DNA of 64,000 nucleotides from Macrostomum lignano. Taxonomy: Eukaryota. Made by a program: the position numbers and the translations under genes. Below are positions 58,901-64,000 of the stretch, piece after piece. The DNA is taken from positions 116,687 through 180,686 of the forward strand of contig NIVC01002362.1 in NCBI GenBank assembly GCA_002269645.1, read 5' to 3'. How positions within the stretch are numbered: position 1 is the first letter of the stretch; every line of letters begins with the position of its first letter. A model generated the notes under the pieces. It ran no database searches. It was not told the DNA's origin and saw only the letters and a program-made list of their open reading frames with translations.

Positions 58901-59627
58901 CTTGTCCTCCAGCTCGAACAAGTCGCTCTCCAGCTCCTCGACGTATTTGTCGTCAAGGTTACCGGCAGCGCTTCGACCTCCACCAGCTGAGCGGCCGGAG
59001 CCGCAGGAGCGAAGGCTCTCCTTGCTGGCTGAACGAGACCGACTGATAGCTGCGATAGTTCGTTGGGGGGGGGGGGAGGGGGGTTGGCAAAGTCAGCTAC
59101 ATGTGTATATAACATTCGTTTGTAGAGAGCTAGGGTTAGGGCAAGGGTAGGGTTTGAATTCACTTGACTAACGCGTTTATAACCGTATCGTGCTGTCAGG
59201 TAATTTCATAAAAATGAGTCAAGGTCAGCAGACCCTCTAGAATCGGGGTCAAGAAGATCAGTTGAATGTGGGGGTCAAAGAGGCTATAATCCAGTTCGCA
59301 TCGCTCACAATCCCTGCCGAAGCCCCTGGCGCCTCCTTCCTCTTCTCTTTCCTTTCGTTTCGATTCTGGCGTCGCCGCAGACGCCGCAGCAGCGCGACGC
59401 GACATTCCGCTAGACGACGACGTTCGCGACGATCTCGGCGACGATGTCGACCCGCCACTTGCCGCGACTGCCGCAGCAGCTGCCGAAGTAGTGCCGGTCG
59501 CGCCGTGCTGCGATTTCGTCCGATGGCAGCTGCGGCACAAGCTCCGCCTGACTGGCTGGGGCTCGAACCCGGGGCATGCATCCTTGCCGACGCCGCCTCG
59601 TCTGCTGGCTTCTAGATCCTCAGCCAT
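42499..59627 (-). CDS. SOGA/MTCL-family microtubule-associated coiled-coil protein, ~1670 aa, 16 exons: 59627..59309, 59049..58797, 58700..58262, 56687..56499, 56130..55674, 55394..55014, 54674..54452, 54144..54036, 53451..53308, 52477..52108, 50630..50032, 46618..46349, 45418..44942, 44655..44477 (1-nt frameshift), 43201..43092, 42997..42499
   Basis: ENDQLKEEVEELQRELEEMHDSF..RELQRELDAANKSYRVVQFKLRKAERR and LEDELRTAKEVSVRLHDEL match the SOGA domain as recalled from SOGA1/MTCL1. All 15 introns are GT-AG and phase-consistent once one base is restored at 44557-58. An acceptor at 59657 hints at additional upstream exon(s) or trans-splicing. Confidence 0.85.
43336..43768. mobile_element. Inner hAT-type MITE (433 bp)
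   Basis: TIR CAGTGGCGGATCCTGG / (rc) CAGGCGCGGATCCAGG; perfect 8-bp TSD AATAACTT (43328-35, 43769-76). Confidence 0.88.
43800..44157. repeat. 21-bp minisatellite (GCGGCGCCAAAATGAGTGCCT) inside a MITE
   Basis: Direct reading; same unit in reverse orientation at ~57910-57980 and ~61174-61255. Confidence 0.93.
44745..44905. repeat. 27-bp minisatellite (AAACAAACATCAAAGCACGCCGCCATT), intronic
   Basis: Direct reading. Confidence 0.88.
45470..46232. repeat. (CTACCAG)n heptamer repeat, intronic
   Basis: Direct reading. Confidence 0.95.
46820..46966. repeat. (GA)n microsatellite
   Basis: Direct reading. Confidence 0.97.
47218..49957. repeat. Perfect 20-bp minisatellite (CCCCTTGTGTTTCCCAGATC), ~137 copies, intronic
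   Basis: Direct reading; no variant unit noticed. Confidence 0.98.
50650..51370. repeat. G/A-rich degenerate minisatellite (GGGGATGGGGAGAGAGGT), intronic
   Basis: Direct reading. Confidence 0.9.
52482..53165. repeat. 16-bp G4-type repeat (GGGGTTGGGGTGTTTT), ~42 copies, intronic
   Basis: Direct reading. Confidence 0.95.
56876..56968. repeat. (AAT)n degenerate microsatellite
   Basis: Direct reading. Confidence 0.9.
57039..57065 (+). other. Spliced-leader (SL)-like segment, antisense to the host SOGA-like gene
   Basis: CGGTCTCTTACTGCGAAGCCTCAATTT vs the M. lignano SL as recalled, CGGTCTCTTACTGCGAAGACTCAATTTATTGCATG: 26/27 identity. It lacks the terminal ATG and GT donor. Confidence 0.65.
57730..58143. 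mobile_element. hAT-type MITE (414 bp), young
   Basis: Perfect 16-bp TIR CATAGGCGTAGGAACG / CGTTCCTACGCCTATG; perfect 8-bp TSD GAAAACTG (57722-29, 58144-51); contains the 21-bp minisatellite. Confidence 0.92.
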
Positions 59628-60794
59628 GTCCTCCGGTGCGCGGGAATCATCATTGCCTAGAAAATTTGGGAAGAGGGGGGTTTTAACATGCTGCTACACG
59701 TGTGCCTCTGGGCCTGGGGATGGGAGAAGCAATGCTTTCCTTATCTATCTCTTCCCCTTCCGCTCCTTCTCCCCTCCGTCCTCTCTGACCCGGAAACCTC
59801 CTGCAGTCAACCACCCGAACGTCCAGCACCGCATCCATTGGAGAGTGCGGACCGCGGAGGCTCCAGTGGAAAATATTATTGGTCTCTCGCCTCGGCTTTT
59901 TGGCCGCAGAAGACGAACGAACAGCCAGTCCGTTTGCCATTCGGTAGGCTAGAGGACCAAGGACTCCTATAGCGCTACCCAGCACTGGACTGGACTGGAA
60001 GCGAACAGAGGGGAAAGGCCCGTTTTTTGCTTTTACGCTGAAGAGATGTAGCGATAAGCCGGTAAAAAAGTGCGAATTACACTATCTCCACGGACGAATT
60101 CAGCTAAAAAGTTTTATCCAGCAAAGCTAGATGCATTGCGTAATAAATAAAGCATTTTCTTGAAAGAAGTTTCACGTAGCACTTTTTCCAAAAAAGAAAT
60201 CGGTTTGCCGTTTTTCAAGCTTTCATTAATCGTAGCTTTTCCGAACGAAATGAAACAGGTCTCATGGTTTGTCTGCCAGTTTCTTCTATGTGTAAAAACC
60301 TTCAGGGGATTATTACAGACTGGTTTCCAGTCCACACAGAAAAGTTTTAGCAGTCCCTGGTTCAGACGAAGCATACCCAACTGTGCACCTGCAGCATCCA
60401 CTCTGCACCGTGGGATCTGTCTCCGCCCAACCCCAATCTGGGCGAGCCTTTTTTCTGATTGTCGATATTGAATTCTGCACTTGAATGGGGTATACTGTCC
60501 CAAGGTTGGCTCGCAGACTTTCTATGCGGCCCGCACCTTTATTGCAACTTCATTGTTTCTCCCACAAAAGTTTTGTGCACTAAAATGGGGAATTTCTTTC
60601 CTCAATTGCCAACTTCAATGACAAATTAGTAATGAGACACGAACTGATCGTGTAAGTGGCTGTTTACAAACTCTAGAAGACAGACTGCACATAAGTTCCA
60701 ACTTTCGAATAGAATAGAAATAGGGGAACTGGCGGCGAAGGAAAGTGAGGTGGTGGCGGGCCAACAACGGGAGTACAAATGTAGTAACTTAGTA

Positions 60795-60982
60795 AGACCC
60801 AGGGGCGGATTCTGGAGGGTAAAGACGCAGGGGGCGGATTCTGGAGGGTAAAGACCTAGGGGCGGATTCTGGAGGGTAAAGACCCAGTGGAGCAGATACT
60901 GGAGGGTAAAGACCCAGGGGCTGATTCTGGAGGGTAAAAAACCAGGGGCGGATTCAGGAGGGTAAAGACCCAGGGTAAAGAC
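60795..60982. repeat. ~30-bp minisatellite (AAAGACCCAGGGGGCGGATTCTGGAGGGT), ~6 copies
   Basis: Direct reading. Confidence 0.88.
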
Positions 60983-61063
60983 CTCTCTCATCTCACCCAG
61001 TCCACAACCTTGAGCTGGATTCTTCACCTTGCCTTTGACCCCTGTTCTATATATACAAGAAAG

Positions 61064-61335
61064 CAGGGCGTCGCGCCATGGATTTCATGGTAGAGGGGGA
61101 CAAAACCAAGAATTCAACAAAGTATACATGTACATGACTAAATTCCTACATTTCTATTTGCTTGTTGTCAGCGCTCATTTTGGCGCCGCAGGTACTCATT
61201 TTGGCGCCGCAAGCACTCATTTTGGCGCCGCAAGCACTCATTTTGGCGCCGGAGGCGCTATATTTTAGCGCCCTGAAGAAAAATTATTGATTACCACAAC
61301 GTGACACAAGCTGGGGTGGGGGGACAAAGCGGGAG
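61064..61335 (-). mobile_element. Partial or diverged copy of the minisatellite-bearing MITE at 43235-44273
   Basis: CAGGGCGTCGCGCCATGGATTTCATGGTAG..CAAGAATTC aligns to the reverse complement of 44215-44273; same 21-bp array and the same flanking CTTCAGGGCG..AAAATAT. Confidence 0.7.
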
Positions 61336-64000
61336 GACCTTTTTTTAAACTGAGCAGGTGAATTGCCACGTGATCTTTGTGATCACGGTTGGGGCTTTCA
61401 TGTATGTCACACTTTAGCCTTTCTTGTGGTTGTGACCGTTATTGATGTGCCCAGAAGAAGGCAGGCTTACGTGTACACCGTGTTTACAAGGTTAACATAT
61501 ACCAACCAACACGTGCAGACTTAATTTAAGGCTATTTAACGGAAAGGTCAGGTGATTTAGCTATTTTTCTCAGATTTCGACCTAATTTAAATATTGATCA
61601 TATCAGAGAAAGCGAGGCTTGAAACTTCACAAGCTCGAAACTTCATGAGTGTCATGAAGTTTCTGGCCAAGAAGCACTATGCCGTTGTACTCGATCAAAG
61701 CGAGGTTAATAGCGAAAACAATGCATCATTGACAGACTGAAGTGCATATAGGGATTTTTCTAGTACTTGCAGCAGAACTGCTGCAAACCATTTTCAATAG
61801 CAGTGCAGTTAGCGTTTTTTAACCAACTTTTTGAAACTTCACCAAATCTAACCCAAGAAAACAAGAAATAATTGCTTCTAGGGGAAAGAAGAGAGCAGGA
61901 CATGATGGACTTTCCTGCTTCTATATGCAGCTGCTTCACTTTTTGCTATTTTTTCAGAGAATAAGCCACACTTAGGATCCAGGATTCCAATTTCAAACCC
62001 GCTGCATGTCTCCTTGCACGTGTTGTTCGAACAATATAGGCAGAAAAGTTGAAGGGAACAACGGGAATGAGGATATTCGGAAGTCAGCGGCGTCCATCTG
62101 TCAGTAAGCCTATCTCCTCACTCTATCTGCAAAGCGTGTATCTTACCTTATATGCATTCTTTCAAGGCTTCAGTATTGACATTTGGGCGTACATGTACAT
62201 GTTCATGTATGGTATGCCAGCTGGGTGAAGGTGCAAAAGAAGAGGGTGAGAGAAAAGGAGAGGAGACACGACACGATGAAGGTTACAAACAGGGGAGAGA
62301 TATATCAGACATAGCCATTGAAAGTTGAAGTTCTTTTTATTGCCTTTCATTACTTTGTGTCGCTACATGTATTTGCCTCGAGTGAGTTGCATTCAGAAGC
62401 TCGTAACTTCAAATGATCGAATTTTTGCGGGTACATCATCGTGTTATTGCGAGTTATGCGTGAGCTCGCGAATAAAAGTTGTAAAATTTCGAGCTAATGA
62501 AACGCTTTACTTCGCTCAGCGTGGCGCTTTCATAGACACGAAATTTCACGAAACTGAAATTTAACGAACCCGAAATTTACAAAGCGAAATTTCACGAACC
62601 CGAAATTTCACGAACCCGAAATTTCATTTCAGGCTTGAAATTTCTGGCTTATGAAAGACAGCGTCTTTCGACATTCGGGTGAAAATTCGGATTAGTGAAA
62701 GGACCCTCACCCGCTCAGCATCGCATGTGCGTACACTCCTGATACTACTTATTAGTATTCAATAGACGAGTTCGTTTTATACAGAGACACGGCATCCAGG
62801 GATTGTTCAATGCAGTTTTGAACAGATTTTCTGCCCGTGTACATTGCACAAGCTAAGTCGTAATTGCCCGCTCTGACAAACTTGATAATATGACATTATT
62901 TTAAAATGCGCACGCATACAAGGTTAGCTTTTTCAGCACCAAAAAGCATATTAGTTTAGTTTAATTGGAGGCGGTTGGGGTTGGTTGTATTATTGCAATA
63001 TTATCAGGCACTGATATGGGTGCAAGCGCAGACCCTCACTGTGCTTGGCCTGTCCTGATAAGGGAAAGCGGCGGGCTCCGAATATAATAATACAGACCCC
63101 TTGTTATTTTTGGTAATTGGCTGAGTGCTGCAGTTGAATTATTTATCTATCCTATCGATTTAGCCCCAGACTCGAGGGAAAACAAGTTCGGAGCTTGTTT
63201 AGCCAAAAGCAGTCAGGCGACCGGGTGCAAGTAAAAATGCTCGTCGTGTGTCTAAATTTATTGTTATTATTCACCGTTTAAAGAACGTGTCTTAACATTT
63301 TTATGTGTATTTGTTTTGTTAGCTTCCAGACTTTATTGGCTGCTCCACTCTAAATTTTCTAGCTTTTAATACCGCTTTTCGTATTTCAGTGTGTGTCACT
63401 CAAATTACAAACAACACGAAAGCACTAAGTATAAGCTTGCATTGCACTATCTTCTTTTACTAGACAGTAATTGGCCCAAGTTGGTTTTCTTTCTTGCGGT
63501 TTTTGCTGCATAAAGCAAAGAGGCGGGTGCACAGGTTTACGCTCGAAGGCTAAGCTAGGATCTTACGTGAAGCCCATTTGCCCCAGCTGGAACATCTGTT
63601 TGCACATATAATCTCCCATTTCTTTTTTCTGTCCCATTAAACGTCTCTTTGTTTGGGCTTGGCTTTGGCGGCTTTAGCGATTAGAGCCAGGGAAAGCCAA
63701 GTTTAGACGAGGTTAAACGAACCGCAGCTAGCAGTCACATATTATTTCAATTCGTTAGCTTCGGTTGCAATGTAAATTTAGATAAGCCGCACAGGCACAA
63801 ATCAACAAGGGCTAGGGCGTATTTTCAGTCGTCTGTCGGTTCACAATTATAAAGATTTGCTTCGCACCAGGACTCAGGGGTGCAAACAAGTAGAAAGTTC
63901 AGCAACCTAATGATTGTCAAATGCTAATTGTAGTCGCAGCACGCTAATTAAAAGCATAGGCTAAGCTATCTGGCATGTGATGTGTCCATGTGTTCTTTTG

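Noticed and set aside
60114-60503. Overlapping 103-aa and 129-aa ORFs
   Set aside because: No motif, no coding-type codon bias, and no splice support.

Overview
Eukaryotic (animal) genomic DNA with GC-rich exons, GT-AG introns and very many minisatellites. The most likely source is the flatworm Macrostomum lignano. This is an inference from a 26/27-nt match to its spliced-leader sequence (recalled from the literature, not searched) and from the genome style. Seven spliced genes were reconstructed by hand with phase-consistent junctions: the 3' end of a TSP1-like repeat protein (+), a Cdc42-like GTPase (-), a 284-aa protein with a coding 24-bp repeat and a possible RWD-like C-terminus (+), an ORD-only OSBPL1A/OSBPL2-like lipid-transfer protein (+), an AADAC/NCEH1-like esterase (+), a two-Ig I-set protein (+), and a 16-exon SOGA/MTCL-family coiled-coil protein (-) that carries an apparent 1-nt frameshift. 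Non-coding highlights are hAT-type MITEs with 8-bp TSDs (one nested inside another), a 71-bp array that copies an exon end plus its 5' splice site about 10 times, an antisense spliced-leader-like segment in an intron, CpG-free AT-rich blocks, a G4/ciliate-telomere-like repeat, a near-perfect hairpin and a perfect 2.7-kb 20-mer array. Most long ORFs in the ORF track are repeat artefacts. No CRISPR, rRNA or convincing tRNA was found.
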